The notes beneath the pieces were generated by a model. That model saw only the letters and a list, made by a program, of their open reading frames with translations. It was not told the origin of the DNA and ran no database searches. Shown piece by piece: positions 48,735-62,263 of a stretch of 64,000 bases of DNA. Source of the stretch: Mizuhopecten yessoensis. Lineage: Eukaryota. The DNA is taken from positions 256,731-320,730 of the forward strand of contig NW_018408914.1 of assembly GCF_002113885.1 (NCBI RefSeq), written 5' to 3'. The position numbers were made by a program, and so were the translations under genes. Positions within the stretch are counted from its first letter, which is position 1. Each line of letters begins with the position of its first letter.

Positions 48735-49927
48735 TACTAGTCTTCGTGTTTTGCTGTATTTATATTTTTACCGTCACATGGACATTTAAAACTATTTATC
48801 GCTATATATATATATATATAGTCAGAATGTCCGCCAAAGTGTGTCTCAGAAAAAATGTCAGTATCAGGTTTGGTGGGCACTATGTTCACAGTTAGTATCA
48901 ACGATCTTTCCACCTATGTATGGAAAGTATGTGGACATGCTCAAGTATACAATAAAACAAAATTAAAGTACCCACCAGAGCCAGTGCACAGACCTTTCAT
49001 AGAGACACTATAATGGAGGATGTACTGACTTATCATAACCCAATCAAAAAGTTTGAAGTGGAGATATAGTCAGTTATATCGGACTACACCCAGGTCAGCC
49101 AGATTCAAATACAAGTGTAAGTGTTTGGAAACTTATAACTAAGACATCTTATCCAAAATACATTTTCTAATTATATATATAATATCATCATTGTTTTCAG
49201 TGATATGTTAATGAAGCTAATAGTCATTAGAGCTCAACCAATAGATGATGCCAGAAAATAGGACATGCTTGTTGTGACCTTTTAGGTATGATTGATTCTG
49301 TGGTCATCAGTGTAAAATAATAAAACTGGATGACAGCTGTATACCTGTATAGGTAAACCAGTGTGATAGCCTATACATACCTACCTAAGTGGCATAACAA
49401 GTTGACATACGACAAGACCAAGGCTATGTACAGAGACCTGCCACAGTGTAATCACCAAAAACCTAGCAGCTCCATATATATTGACTAGAGCTGGCCAAGG
49501 TGTACAGGTTATTGACATCTCACATACGTAAACAGCTATTGGATGTGGAAATGTTTACAACTTAACATACCATAGAAAATACTTAACCTAGTACACAACC
49601 AAGTACAGGTAAAAGTGAAGTTTTACTTGTGTTCTTGTAAAGACCAGAAATCAAAAACTATTCTGTGAAATTTTGTGGAAACCCCCTCGGCAAATCTGTT
49701 TATGTTGTCATATAGGGTTGATCAGATAGAGGAAGTTGAACTTTATTGTGTCTAGGAAGTTTAAAAAACGTGACGTCACAGTGTAAACCTACCAGTGGGT
49801 TCAGTCAGCTGTACACAAGGACCACGATCAGCTGGGGTTATTTTGGGACATCGGGAAAACACTTTGTGTGAGGAAGATCACGACAGTGTTGTGTATATTT
49901 TGAGAGGGAGCATTTATTAGCGTTCCG

Positions 49928-50010
49928 ATGCACAAACTGATGCCCGCCCTGACAATGCCATCTATAAACAACAACGACAAGTCTTGTGAGCTTTTCATTC
50001 TCTCTGTCAG
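49928..50010 (+). CDS. Candidate alternative first coding exon (MHKLMPALTMPSINNNDKSCELFILSV-R/S)
   Basis: 83 nt open from ATG to AG|gtaatt in phase 2; upstream TGACGTCA (49771) and two CAGCTG in a promoter-like island. Confidence 0.45.
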
Positions 50011-51552
50011 GTAATTATTACGTATCCATTTATTATGAGGAGTTAGCTATGAACACATTAGCTAGAGCATGCCTGTAAACACCTTTACAATGCTAATTTT
50101 CACATGTTTACCTCACAAATATTGTAACCGTTATGTAGGTAGTGATTTGAAATCTTCTGATGTCTTAATTTTTACCTGAAAAATGTGATGAAAATTTGTC
50201 TAGTTTATATGTTAACTTGTATTAAGATGTATTACAGTACGCTAATGGGTTACCTTTTCAATATCAAAACATTGTGGGGTGATAGAAAATCAACAAATCT
50301 CCTTCAAGTGTTTTGTTTACAATGAACTGTATTTAAAATCTTGCCAATTATAAAAGATCCAAATGTAAAACTTGTGTAGCAATTGTACTTTCAGTATCTA
50401 AATCTAGTACCAAATATCATATACAGCTTTTAACAAACGTGTAGAATTTTGTTGTCATTGAAGTTTTTTTTATCACAATAACAAAGAGGAGGATTAGTAT
50501 ACTATAACTTTCAAAACTTCTTTTTGTACATTTGAAAGTTTTCTTTAAATTGTTGGTAAAACCAGGTTAATTATAGAGATGTGGCATGATGAAATTTAGA
50601 TGGCATGTGTATATATTATTCATAACGTGATACCCAGTACACCGTTTATATACTAGGTAGGTTGTACTTTTAAAAAATTTAATTTCTTTGTCCTATATAT
50701 AAAACTTGCTGTCTAATTTGTCCATTATGAATTTCCAATGCGTGGCACAAATTACCAGTGTTTAACCGAAGAGTTGATTTTATATAAAATTTTAATACAA
50801 ACTTTAATGATTATCATGCATATTTGAAATAAGTAGATACTAGTTCTAGATGACATTTTTTTGTTACAGAGATTCTAAACAATTGACAATGGAAAGTTAT
50901 AATCTTAACAAAAGAATGCATTTTTTTTACAAGTATCTCTATCTTGATTGAATCAAAAAGATCTATGTATAAAATGCTCAATAAAACTTGCCCATTAATA
51001 TTCGCCTCTGTTAAGTAAACAGCCTTGATGCTATAATGTTTATGATCAGCTAGGGGCCCCTGTAGACATCTGAGGTATGTAACCAGTAGCCCGGGGTTAG
51101 GTGATTAAGTCAACTCAGAATCAATACTGTTGTCCTGTTGTCTGTCACAGCGTTGTCATCACTTACACCTCAGACGTTCTGTCAAAAGTTGAAAGATATT
51201 TTATTTTATTGTGGCACACAAAGAAATTGAAATATAATCACCCTGCAGTATTTAAGGCTGAACAGCAAACTGATTGATTAGATATTTTAGATAAAATTAA
51301 TACAAAAAATAAGTTTTACTTCCCTGTATTTCCTATAGAATATTTGAGTTCACTTGAAGTAATACAAATGTAATGCCTTTTCAACTGACGAGATCAGTAT
51401 GCTGTTTAAATATTATATACGATAAGTTTATTACATAAGAAAGGTTACATGTGCTGAAAAGGAAATTACAATAATTGAGTTCCTGTAATTTACTAATTAA
51501 GTTACTCAATAAACTGCAATTAATCATGACTTATAATTATATATGAGTTGGT

Positions 51553-51680
51553 GATGGGTTCCAGTATGAGTAGGATCATTTTGCTGGGTTCCAGTATGAG
51601 TAGGATCATTTTGATGGGTTCCAGTATGAGTAGGATCAGTTTGATGGCTTCCAGTATGAGTAGGATCATTTTGATGGGTT
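51553..51680. repeat. 30-bp repeat, ~4 copies (tgatgggttccagtatgagtaggatcattt)
   Basis: Direct inspection. Confidence 0.9.
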
Positions 51681-52949
51681 ATAATGGTAATTCTGAAGAA
51701 AGGTTTGAAAGGAAATGAAAATATAGGTGAAAAAGTAAAAGTTTGATTACGTTATTTAAGTTTCCGTGCATGTTCATGAATATATATGGAAGAAATGATA
51801 TCTATCATAGAATAATTCAACATAATTAAGAAAGCGTAGAAGTGGTTTCTAGCTTGAATGTTTGGAAAGGGCAGACTTTCTAGTATGGAAAACTGATACT
51901 GTTAATAACTCTGTCAATGTATACCACGACATGGTTTTTCTGGACGATTCTGTACATATTGACATAACATGGGAGAAAAGCTGATGATGTGGAATAGCAG
52001 GAAGTACAAATTATTTCATTGTCCGAGGATGTCTAGAGACTGAAGGGGAGAACACTCTAGGGTCTTGCGGTGACAGTGAGGCGAGGAGGGGGAGTGTGAG
52101 TGTGACTCAGGCACACAGAATTAGCCACTGGTATTTTTCTGGTGTTCGCCACCAATGTATTGGACAGGATCAATATCAGAGAGGGATGCTGTGCATGGCC
52201 TATATACTACATCACCCAGTTTAGTTCTCCTCCTGGTTCAGCTATATGTAGAACTCCTTTAGCCCCGGGTTAACGGAATGGAAATCACAATAATTCCGAA
52301 GCTCTGTGTGTTTCATGTGACTTCACTGTGTGTATCGTGTCGGAGACAGTTTGAGAAGCGAATCATCACATTTGGTATTTGAGTTTGATTTAGTTAGATA
52401 TGGTTTATGCAGTAACACTAGGACAAAGCTGGCGGTCCATTGGGAGGGAACCTTTTAAGCAGAAACTCAGGAGTCTAATTATCATGTTTGGAATTCGACG
52501 GTTTTAGGCATACATGCAATTCACCAATGGCGGCCTCACAATTTGTATGTTGATGGTAAAATTCAGTTCTGGATTGAGGCATTACGTGTGAAGTTTGAAA
52601 GAACATCGCAAGCATTCGTCCAGACGATTTTGTCACCACTCGTTTTATTGAACCATAATCGTAAGCACTGATAAGTTTAAAAGTTGAAATGTGTACAATA
52701 TGATTAAATAATCGTGTACTATATACAGCAGCTTGCCTGTCAATAGGTTAAAGTAGTGTTCACACCCAATTATCTAAAAGTAAGTATAGATGTCAAGCAT
52801 CATCACTGTGATGGACATCCAGCTGGCACGGTCTCATTGGAGGATATAATTGGTCCTTGCATGCCTTCTAAACTATTGTGCATCCTAGATCTTCACTGAA
52901 TCCTCTGTATGTTTCAATATTTGATCTGTTAGATGTTACGATTATAACT

Positions 52950-53171
52950 CAACCTACTGTGCATGTGTGCCACCCAACCTACTATACATGTGTGCCACCC
53001 AACCTTCTGTACATGTGTGCCACCCAACCTACTGTACATGTGTGCCACCCAACCTACTGTACATGTGTGCCATCCAACCTACTGTACATGTGGGCCACCC
53101 AACCTTCTGTACATGTGTGCCACCCAACCTACTGTACATGTGTGCCACCCAACCTACTGTACATGTGTGCC
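52950..53171. repeat. 25-bp minisatellite (aacctactgtacatgtgtgccaccc)
   Basis: Period 25, ~9 copies. Confidence 0.92.
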
Positions 53172-53919
53172 GGCTGAAAGTATGTTACAACTGTTACTTT
53201 GTTCTTTGGACCCATAGAATCAAACATTTCAATTACCAGCAGTATTATTGATCTTCATCTTCCAAGTTTCATAAATCACTCTTTGACATTCAGACGAGAA
53301 TTCTGCAATTAAGAATTTAGTCATAGAAATTGCTTTTTTGACAAATTTGATTAAGAGCACTGGAACATTAATATAATCATGTATGATACTGCTGGCATCA
53401 GTGTTTTGCATTGATTTAAAATGAAAACTGTAGAGACTTGGAGCTTAATTGTTGAACTGTTTGATAGGGATGACATCAATGTGGAGAAGGGATGGGAGCT
53501 AAGGGATTGGAGTGTCTTTAAGGAGTGATTGGAAAGATTTTATTATGTCCCCTCATTATTGGGGGGTACATATACTAAAATTAGGCTATCTGCCCGTATT
53601 TGTCTAGACTACTCCCCTTAAAGCAGCACTTTTAATGGATTTTAGAACACATCTTGCTGTTCACATGAACTAATTATGTAACTGCATGCATCTCCACCAT
53701 GCTAGTTCCATAATGAGTTGTGTCCCTTGGTTTGCTATCGAAGCCTTGTTGATTGGCTACTGTTCATTAAAGCTGACAGTGCAAGTAAAAAAGCTTTCAA
53801 TTGAGATAAAAAAAAAAAATCTTCTTTTTTCTGGTTTTGAGATCTTCCCCATCCCATAGTTTTTCCTTGCTTGGTAACGAGTATTGGTCTCGCTGGGTAT
53901 AAAAAGGGCATTACCTGGT

Positions 53920-54067
53920 AGTTATATCAACTTATATTAATCACTCTTGTTGGCTGAGATGGAAGTGTGGGGTGGGTGGGGGGAGGAAGCCTGAGTACCC
54001 GCAGAAAACTGATTGGGGAATTGAACCCTGCATGGCTGTATCAGTGCTTACTCACTACACCAACCAC
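53920..54067 (-). mobile_element. tRNA-derived SINE with V-domain-like core, internally deleted
   Basis: - strand: B-box gggttcaattccc, then ttttctgcgggtactcaggcttcctccc (V-SINE-like), tail cacttccatct...aacaagagtgattaatataagttgatataact. Confidence 0.7.
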
Positions 54068-54083
54068 CTATAGCTACCTATCA

Positions 54084-55272
54084 TATGTGTTATAACTGTT
54101 TTATATACTCTACATGTTATATAAAACAATTATAACACATATAGGGTATATAAAACAGTTATAACACATATAGGGTATATAAAACTGTTATAACACATAG
54201 AGTATATAAAACAGTTATAACACATAGAGTATATAAAACAGTTATAACACATAGGGTTTATAAAATAGTTATAACACATAGAGTATATAAAACAGTTATA
54301 ACACATAGGGTTTATAACTATTTTATAAACCCTATGGGTTATAACTGTTTTATATACTCTACATGTTATATAAAACAATTATAACCCATATAGGGTATAT
54401 AAAACAGTTGTAACACATATAGGGTATATAAAACTGTTATAACACATAGGGTATGTAAAACAGTTATAACACATATAGGGTATATAAAACTGTTGTAACA
54501 CATAGAGTATATAAAACAGTTATAACACATATAGGGTATATAAAACTGTTATAACACATATGGTATATAAAACTGTTATAACACATAGGGTATATAAAAC
54601 TTATAACACATAGGGTATATAAAACAGTTATAACACATAGGGTATATGAAACTGTTATAACACATAGGGTATATAAAACTGTTATAACACATATGGTATA
54701 TAAAACTGTTATAACACATAGGGTATATAAAACTGTTATAACACATAGGGTATATAAAACTTATAACACATAGGGTATATAAAACAGTTATAACACATAG
54801 GGTATATAAAACAGTTATGACACATAGGGTATATAAAACTTATAATACATAGGGTATATAAAAGAGTTATAACACATAGGGTATATAAAACTGTTATAAC
54901 ACATAGGGTATATAAAACTTATAACACATAGGGTATATAAAACAGTTATAACACATATGGTATATGAAACTGTTATAACACATAGGGTAAATAAAACAGT
55001 TATAACACATAGGTTAAAGGTATATAAAACAGTTATAACACATAGGGTATATAAAACTTATAACACATAGGGTATATAAAACAGTTATAACACATAGGAT
55101 ATATAAAACAGTTATAACACATAGGGTATATAAAACAGTTATAACACATAGGGTATATAAAACTGGTATAACACATAGGGTATATAAAACTGTTATAACA
55201 TGTAAGATATATAAAACTGTTATAACACATAGGGTATATAAAACTGTTATAACACATAGGGTATATAAAACT
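54084..55272. repeat. ~27-31-bp AT-rich minisatellite (gttataacacatagggtatataaaac) with inverted units near its left end
   Basis: Direct inspection; fold-back segments at ~54084-54141 and ~54333-54390. Confidence 0.93.
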
Positions 55273-55467
55273 GAACATTACTTTGTGGGTGTCATACAGT
55301 GATTGTTAGGTAGCCTCTGGGTAACAGACAAATATTTGGAAAAAAAAAGATGTAAACTACTATAATGTATAGAAGGGAAGGAACGGTGTAACCCTCTGGC
55401 GTCGGCCTTACATGGTTAGCTTCGCTGCTTGGTAGGTGGATGATTCGCCTTTATGAAGTCCCCAGAG

Positions 55468-55668
55468 TGGTCAGGTGATGCAGTGAATAGCACACTTGTT
55501 TCGCCAGTAAGGCCAGGGTTCAATTCCTTGATGGATGTGAAAAGGTGTGCTCGGGTCACAACAAATTTCTCCAGCTNCCCCCCTCCCTGTGCACTTCCAT
55601 CTGGGCAAACAAGAGTGGTTAATATAAGCTGATAAAACTTGTTTCATAATTGTTGTAAAGTAAATAAA
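55468..55668 (+). mobile_element. tRNA-derived SINE, same family as 53920-54067
   Basis: B-box gggttcaattcc ~55516; shared tail cacttccatct...aacaagagtggttaatataagctgataaaact; ends taaataaa; contains an ambiguous base (n) at 55577. Confidence 0.7.
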
Positions 55669-58600
55669 CAGGATTTTAAAGACTTCCCCGGTGGAGAAGG
55701 GGTGGAGAAGTCTGTAATGTGGGAAATTATATGAGCTATTTTATTGATATTAAGAATATTCAGATATGAAGTGTTATGAGGCAATATTCCAGATGGTAAA
55801 GTTGTGAGTGTACCTAAGTTGTTATAAGTTTGAGTTACTCCAGATGATTACTGTGTACCTTTTTTCTTCAAATTGATCTTGGGTAATTGCATTGCATGTT
55901 TGGGAAAAAAATATCAGTTTGATTTCAACTATTTTCCTGCTTTATTATTACTCCTGGAGAAGGATCGATCAGACAGCAGGGATGCCACCCTCCTTCATTA
56001 AGAACTGCATCTTGAGATGTAGAGCCTGTCAAGGATTCCCTTCGCATTTTAATTATATTAATGAAGATTTAAGGGGAGATAACTTCACTCAGCCAGCTAT
56101 ATAGGGATATTTATGATGCAATGATTACAACTTTGGAAGGGGATGTCCATTTGCTGGATTGAAGAAACCAATTTCTATGGCCAATTATGTGCAGCTTCTA
56201 TCTCGTTAATCCAATAAACCTAAGATTAAGTGTGGGGGTATGCGGGTAATTGGATTCTCCTATAGCTATAGGTGAAGGCTGACTATAGAATTGACCAGTG
56301 GTACAAGTGCAGCATTGCTCTGTAACAGAATGTTCTGATGTTGATAGGATTAGATATTGAGTTCCTCTACCACCGTGGCAACTTGTATGTCCCTCACTGT
56401 GTCCTTGAACAGCAGGAAAAGACCTGACTAATTGACATAATCTTTTATTCAGGTATTCAGGTATTCAGGTATAACTATTCTGTAAACCTGAGTCTAAGGT
56501 TTAGATCTAGATCAACCCCATTTACTGTCAATCATTACATTCTTGATTGGAATTTGCAGGATTCGTGTAGATTCATTTATAGGATTGTTCTGAAATGGCC
56601 TTAAAGTGACTTGAAGTTGACTTGATATGTCCCTCCTGTTATTAACTTCATGAGAAGTCTTTGAAATCGAAATTGCTTTGGAAAGTTTGGACCATCATAG
56701 ACCAGATTTTGTATAGCTCCCTTTTGTCAGTGCAGAGATACAGAGTTTCTGGGTGTTACAGTTTTCCTATCCTGTTACAAGTTCTTGCTGTGATCAAACA
56801 TACCTTGACCTTCCATCAGGACTGGGTCAAGATAGAGCATCTGTCTCAAATGTTTGTAGGTTTTGGGTTCAAATTCCTGTCTATACTTTCCATTTTCATT
56901 TCATTTTCGACTCGGACAAAGCCTATAAAAGCCCTATTTTTAAAGATTATTTTCCATTCCATCTATAATAATATTATTAATATTCATTTAAAACAGTACT
57001 TCTGTTTGCATGTGCAATCCCAAAAATATCCTTCAGTTTGATACCAGATATGTATGAATGTAAAAGGGATTTCTTATTCATTGAAATGAGCCCTTTGTTA
57101 TTCATAATTTATTCAAGAATGTGATGACTTAATTAGCTTTAATTTATGGAATAATTTAATACCGAGCACATTCTCTGTTGGTGGACTGATACAGTTACTT
57201 GTGACTGCCATCATGGACATTAAGGAGGGATTGTGAGTGAACCTGTCCTTATAATCTCGTATTGGAATGTACCATGTAAGTACCAGAACCCTGGAAGGAC
57301 CAGGTGGTATAGTCTGTGTAGCTACCACTGCCCACATAGTTAGGGCTATCCACAAAAAACCTGATACCAGTATAAAACACACAGCCACTTAGGTTTTGTG
57401 CTAACTTGTATTGTCACAGATGCGGCTGTAGAGATGTATACTACTGGTATCTGTCGGAATGTACCTATACGTACACACAGGTGCTGGCAGTGCGGCCTAA
57501 CAGTATATATCTATTAAGTTCTTACTTTTGTACAAAGGTATCTTTTAGATCCCTGCAGGGTCATCATGTTGCCATTTAGTGTATGTCGACAAAGATATGT
57601 AGAGGTGTTCAAATTGTACAAAAGTCCTGTTCTCACTTTATTTGCGGTATTAGCATAGTCATGTTCTATTAATACATACATATATCAGTAGCGTTACAGT
57701 TTTGGGGTATTTGTTTTGACCCTTCTCCCCATTCAGTCTGAATTAAGGAAGGAGCTCAAGGAGTGCGGAAATGAGGTTCTAAAATGTTAAAGGTTAAGCG
57801 CTAGCCCTTTCTTTCAGAAACCCTGGATGTGCCACTATATTCCTGCAGACACAGAGTCTCACATAGTCAAAAGTACCAAGGTCATTCAATACTAAGCCAT
57901 ATCCACGTAGTGATGTCTGTATCTGATAGTATTGACACAAAGGCAGGTGTTGGCTCTATATATCTGTAATATGTCACCAACTATATTGGTATCAAAAGAC
58001 ACTGCAGTGGGTACAGGAGCTGTTGAGAGGGGTATGTCTGTGGTAGAGAATACTAAGTCTGTTGAGTTGTAAGGTAGGGGGTGGGGGGGTGATATGATAT
58101 TATGTCTGTCACAGAGAAGACGGCACAGTCTGTTGATATTTTAACTCTACCATAACATTGCTGTGTATCCTACTATCTTATCAAAACACTCCCCGCAGGA
58201 CAGTATAGCATCTTATTGTGTGTTATCTTCTCTACCAGAGACAGACATATTGGTACGTTCATGTTCGTGTTCTAAACACACATAGCATTGTTTATTTTTC
58301 TGCTTCACCCTCCCTAACTTGCTACTGTATAATACCCTGCCTTTGTGTCAGTTGTCTTGTATCAGAACCTTCTCTGTACAACATGATTAATATGTTAATT
58401 CTAAGGTTTACTACTTAAAAAATCCGATAACAAACTTGCAGTGCATGATAGAAGTTTTTTCTGACATTATAGAAGATAACCTGATTTTTAACAATCAGTA
58501 AGTTGCCTGGCTGCTAGCCAGTGTTCAAGTCCTAGGATTGGTGTAGTGTAGGGCATTACAGTACTGCAGCTACTATGAACTGTTTTGGTCAGTTTTATAT

Positions 58601-59506
58601 TGTTAATTCCATGTCACTGACCAGGCGAAGGTAAAGTTTATTTCACTACCTGGTAATTGTTATCATACGAGGACATTGGCCTAGCTATGTGAGCAGGCCC
58701 AGTGAAGTGTACTTGTGTGGAGACCACTAACACCAGATTGGACTGTCATACATTTATGTGAAATGTTTTAAAGTTACCTGGGAAGAGTTTTCGTGAAATA
58801 TATATATTTTACCACGAACATGAGTGCAATTCTCAGCTTCAGGATTGGGTAAGTTATACAAAGGCTGGCTATAATATAATTAATACCGGGAATTTTATCA
58901 TATAACTGATGGAACAAAAGTTCAAAAACCTTTGTCATAAATGTATGTCAAATGGTGTATGTATATATAATTGCACTTCTTGGGGAAAGAAATCTATAAG
59001 GAACATGAAAGTATTAATATTTTACTGTATTTTGTGTAGGGAATGTTCATCAACACATATACATTGGTAGACAGCTTTTGTTTGAATGACTGTTGTATTT
59101 TCTGTAGTGGGTACTTGTATCTTTCATTAATGTGACATTCGTACCCGAATGGTACACATCCTGTTTGAACGATTTCCCATGGGAAACATTAAACTGATGA
59201 GATGGAAATTTATAGTCTTAAAACTGCATATTCATTGATATAAAGTCGCAATAGAATTTCAATGTCAATGTGTACAATGTGCAAAACAGGAAAACATGAA
59301 TTGACTTTTAAGCATCATATGAGATGGTGTATAATTTTAACGTTTGGAGGAGAATGATAGATAGGTGTTTTCAGTTTGGTAATGTCATGCTATCAATATG
59401 GTGCTCCCATACTTAACTGAATTGGAATAGATGGGCTAACCAGACATGAATATATTGGTAAGAGCTGAAGTGGGTCATAATCCTGTTGTGTATAACGAGG
59501 AAGATC

Positions 59507-61310
59507 CACCACAGGGTGTATGGTTAGGGGAGGGGATTGTACTGGAATGTATAGGTATAACACCATCTGGAGCAGCAGCACCACAGGGGGTATGGTTAGG
59601 GGAGGGGATTGTACTGGAATGTATAGGTATAGCACCATCTGGAGCAGCAGCACCACAGGGTGTATGGGTAGGGGAGGGGATTGTACTGGAATGTATAGGT
59701 ATAACACCATCTGGAGCAGCACCACCACAGGGTGTATGGTTAGGGGAGGGGATTGTACTGGAATATATAGGTATAACACCATCTGGAGCAGCAGCACCAC
59801 AGGGGGTATGGTTAGGGGAGGGGATTGTACTGGAATGTATAGGTATAACGCCATCTGGAGCAGCAGCACCACAGGGTGTATGGTTAGGGGGGGGGATTGT
59901 ACTGGAATGTATAGGTATAACACCATCTGGAGCAGCATCACCACAGGGTGTATGGTTAGGGGAGGGGTTTGTACTGGAATGTATAGGTATAACACCATCT
60001 GGAGCAGCATCACAGGGTGTATGGTTATGGGAGGGGATTGTACTGGAATGTATAGGTATAACACCATCTGGAGCAGCATCACCACAGGGAGGATGGTTAG
60101 GGGAGGGGATTGGACTGGAATGTATAGGTATAAAACCATCTGGAGCAGCAGCACCACAGGGGGGATGGTTAGGGGAGGGGATTGTACTGGAATGAATAGG
60201 TATAACACCATCTGGAGCAGAAGCACCACAGGGTGTATGGTTAGGGGAAGGGATTGCACTGGAATGTATAGGTATAACACCATCTTGAGCAGCAGCACCA
60301 CAGGGGGTATGGTTAGGGAAGGGGATTGTAATGGAATGTATAGGTATAACACCATCTGGAGCATCATCACAGGGTGTATGGTTATGGGATGGGATTGTAC
60401 TTGAATTTATAGGTATAACACCTTCTGGAGCAGCAGCATCACAGGGTGTATGGTTAGGGGAGGGGATTGTACTGGAATGAATAGGTATAACACCATCTGG
60501 AGCAGCATCCCCACAGGGTGTATGGTTAGGGGAGGGGATTGGACTGGAATGTATAGGTATAAAACCATCTGGAGCAGCAGCACCACAGGGGGTATGGTTA
60601 GGGAAGGGGATTGTAATGGAATGTATAGGTATAACACCATCTGGAGCAGCATCACCACAGGGTGTATGGTTAGGGGAGGGGTTTGTACTGGAATGTATAG
60701 GTATAACACCATCGGGAGCAGCAGCACCACAGGGGGTATGGATAGGGGAAGGGATTGTACTGGAATGTATAGGTATAAGACCATCTGGAGCAGCATCACC
60801 ACAGGGTGTATGGGTAGGGGAGGGGATTGTACTGGAATGTATAGGAATAACACCATCTGGAGCAGCATCACCACAGGGTGTATGGTTAGGGGGGGGGATT
60901 GTACTGGAATGTATAGGTATAAGACCATCTGGAGCAGCATCACCACAGGGCGTATGGTTAGGGGAGGGGATTGTACTGGAATGAATAGGTATAACACCAT
61001 CTGGAGCAGCAGCACCACAGGGTGTAGGGTTAGGGGAAGGGATTGTACTGGAATGTATAGGTATAAAACCATCTGGAGCAGCAGCACCACAGGGTGTATG
61101 GTTAGGGGAAGGGATTGCACTGGAATGTATAGGTATAACACCATCCGGAGCAGCAGCACCACAGGGTGTATGGTTAGGGAAGGGGATTGTAATGGAGTGT
61201 ATAGGTATAACACGATCTTGAGCAGCAGCACCACAGGGTGTATGGTTAGGGAAGGGGATTGTAATGGAATGTATAGGTATAACACCATCTGGAGCAGCAG
61301 CATCACAGGG
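59507..61310. repeat. 72-bp G-rich minisatellite, ~25 copies
   Basis: Unit ccacagggtgtatggttaggggaggggattgtactggaatgtataggtataacaccatctggagcagcagca; 24-aa periodicity in overlapping ORFs. Confidence 0.97.
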
Positions 61311-62263
61311 TTAAGTTAGGCTGTCAAATTAAACAATCAGTTAAAACAAACATTTATATAGTCCCAAGGGTAAAATATCACCACACTGACTGCGATGGGT
61401 CAGAGATCTAAGAGGAGCTCTTATTAAAACAGGTAACATGTACAACAAAGGGACGCCCTTGGGAAACTTATTTGATTTTAATTTATATATATCAACATTA
61501 CATCATAGTATAATATCTTGAATAAATAATTTAACTCTTGGATTTCTTCTAAACATTTTGAATTTTATTTGGTCAGAGTAAACAATCAGAAATGCAAATA
61601 TTAAAATTTGATCAGCAGAAAGGAATTTTGTATTTATAGTCTACCACAAGTTTCAGAAAAGAAAAAGTTTTTTGCCTAACCAAAAATCGATTATCTTTGA
61701 ATGCATATAAATCATAAAGCATACTGACAAATTCAACGTTCATTTGGAATGGCTGAGCATACATACCATATTTTGTGTAATATACCTTAATTGATTGCAA
61801 TTTGATAATAGTAATAATGCACTTTGTACAGACACCGCCCTTCTCTTGTAACCACAAACAACAAAGAATAAGTACTACCTATATATATATACAAGGATCA
61901 CTGAAGTACCGGACATCCTGGATAAGTCAGTCACTACACATCTTGTATTACTCATATTACTGGTATTATACAATGTGTAGATGAACCCTGACACTCCAGT
62001 ATTGTGTAGTGTATATATTATTAAGACATATAAAGACGAATTTGAAAAAGTATAAATTAGATATACTTGGATGTGCTTGTTTTGTAAAACCTCTGAGTAT
62101 ATGATGAAGATGCTTTGATGTAGATGAATGACTGTTTTTCTGATCCCAGAGAAGATTCATGTTGTGCGGTAATGTCCTCCTTACGTTTCATAAGAACTTC
62201 CACCTGGAAATCTTCAATTATTTTATGCAAATATATGTATCAACATAATTGGAACATTTTCTC

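Larger units (their letters stand above)
48462..48820. mobile_element. Penelope-like element remnant: inverted pseudo-LTR pair beside a (TA)n tract
   Basis: ~100-bp inverted arms 48462-48562 / 48662-48765, each containing a minimal hammerhead motif; (TA)n at 48803-48820 and a TA-rich left flank. Confidence 0.75.

Noticed and set aside
51066-51074. Possible 9-nt microexon (tgtag|ACATCTGAG|gtatgt)
   Set aside because: No polypyrimidine tract; unsupported without RNA data.
59393-61319. Several 250-325-aa ORFs on both strands
   Set aside because: All are frames of the 72-bp repeat; simultaneous openness on both strands argues against a real gene.
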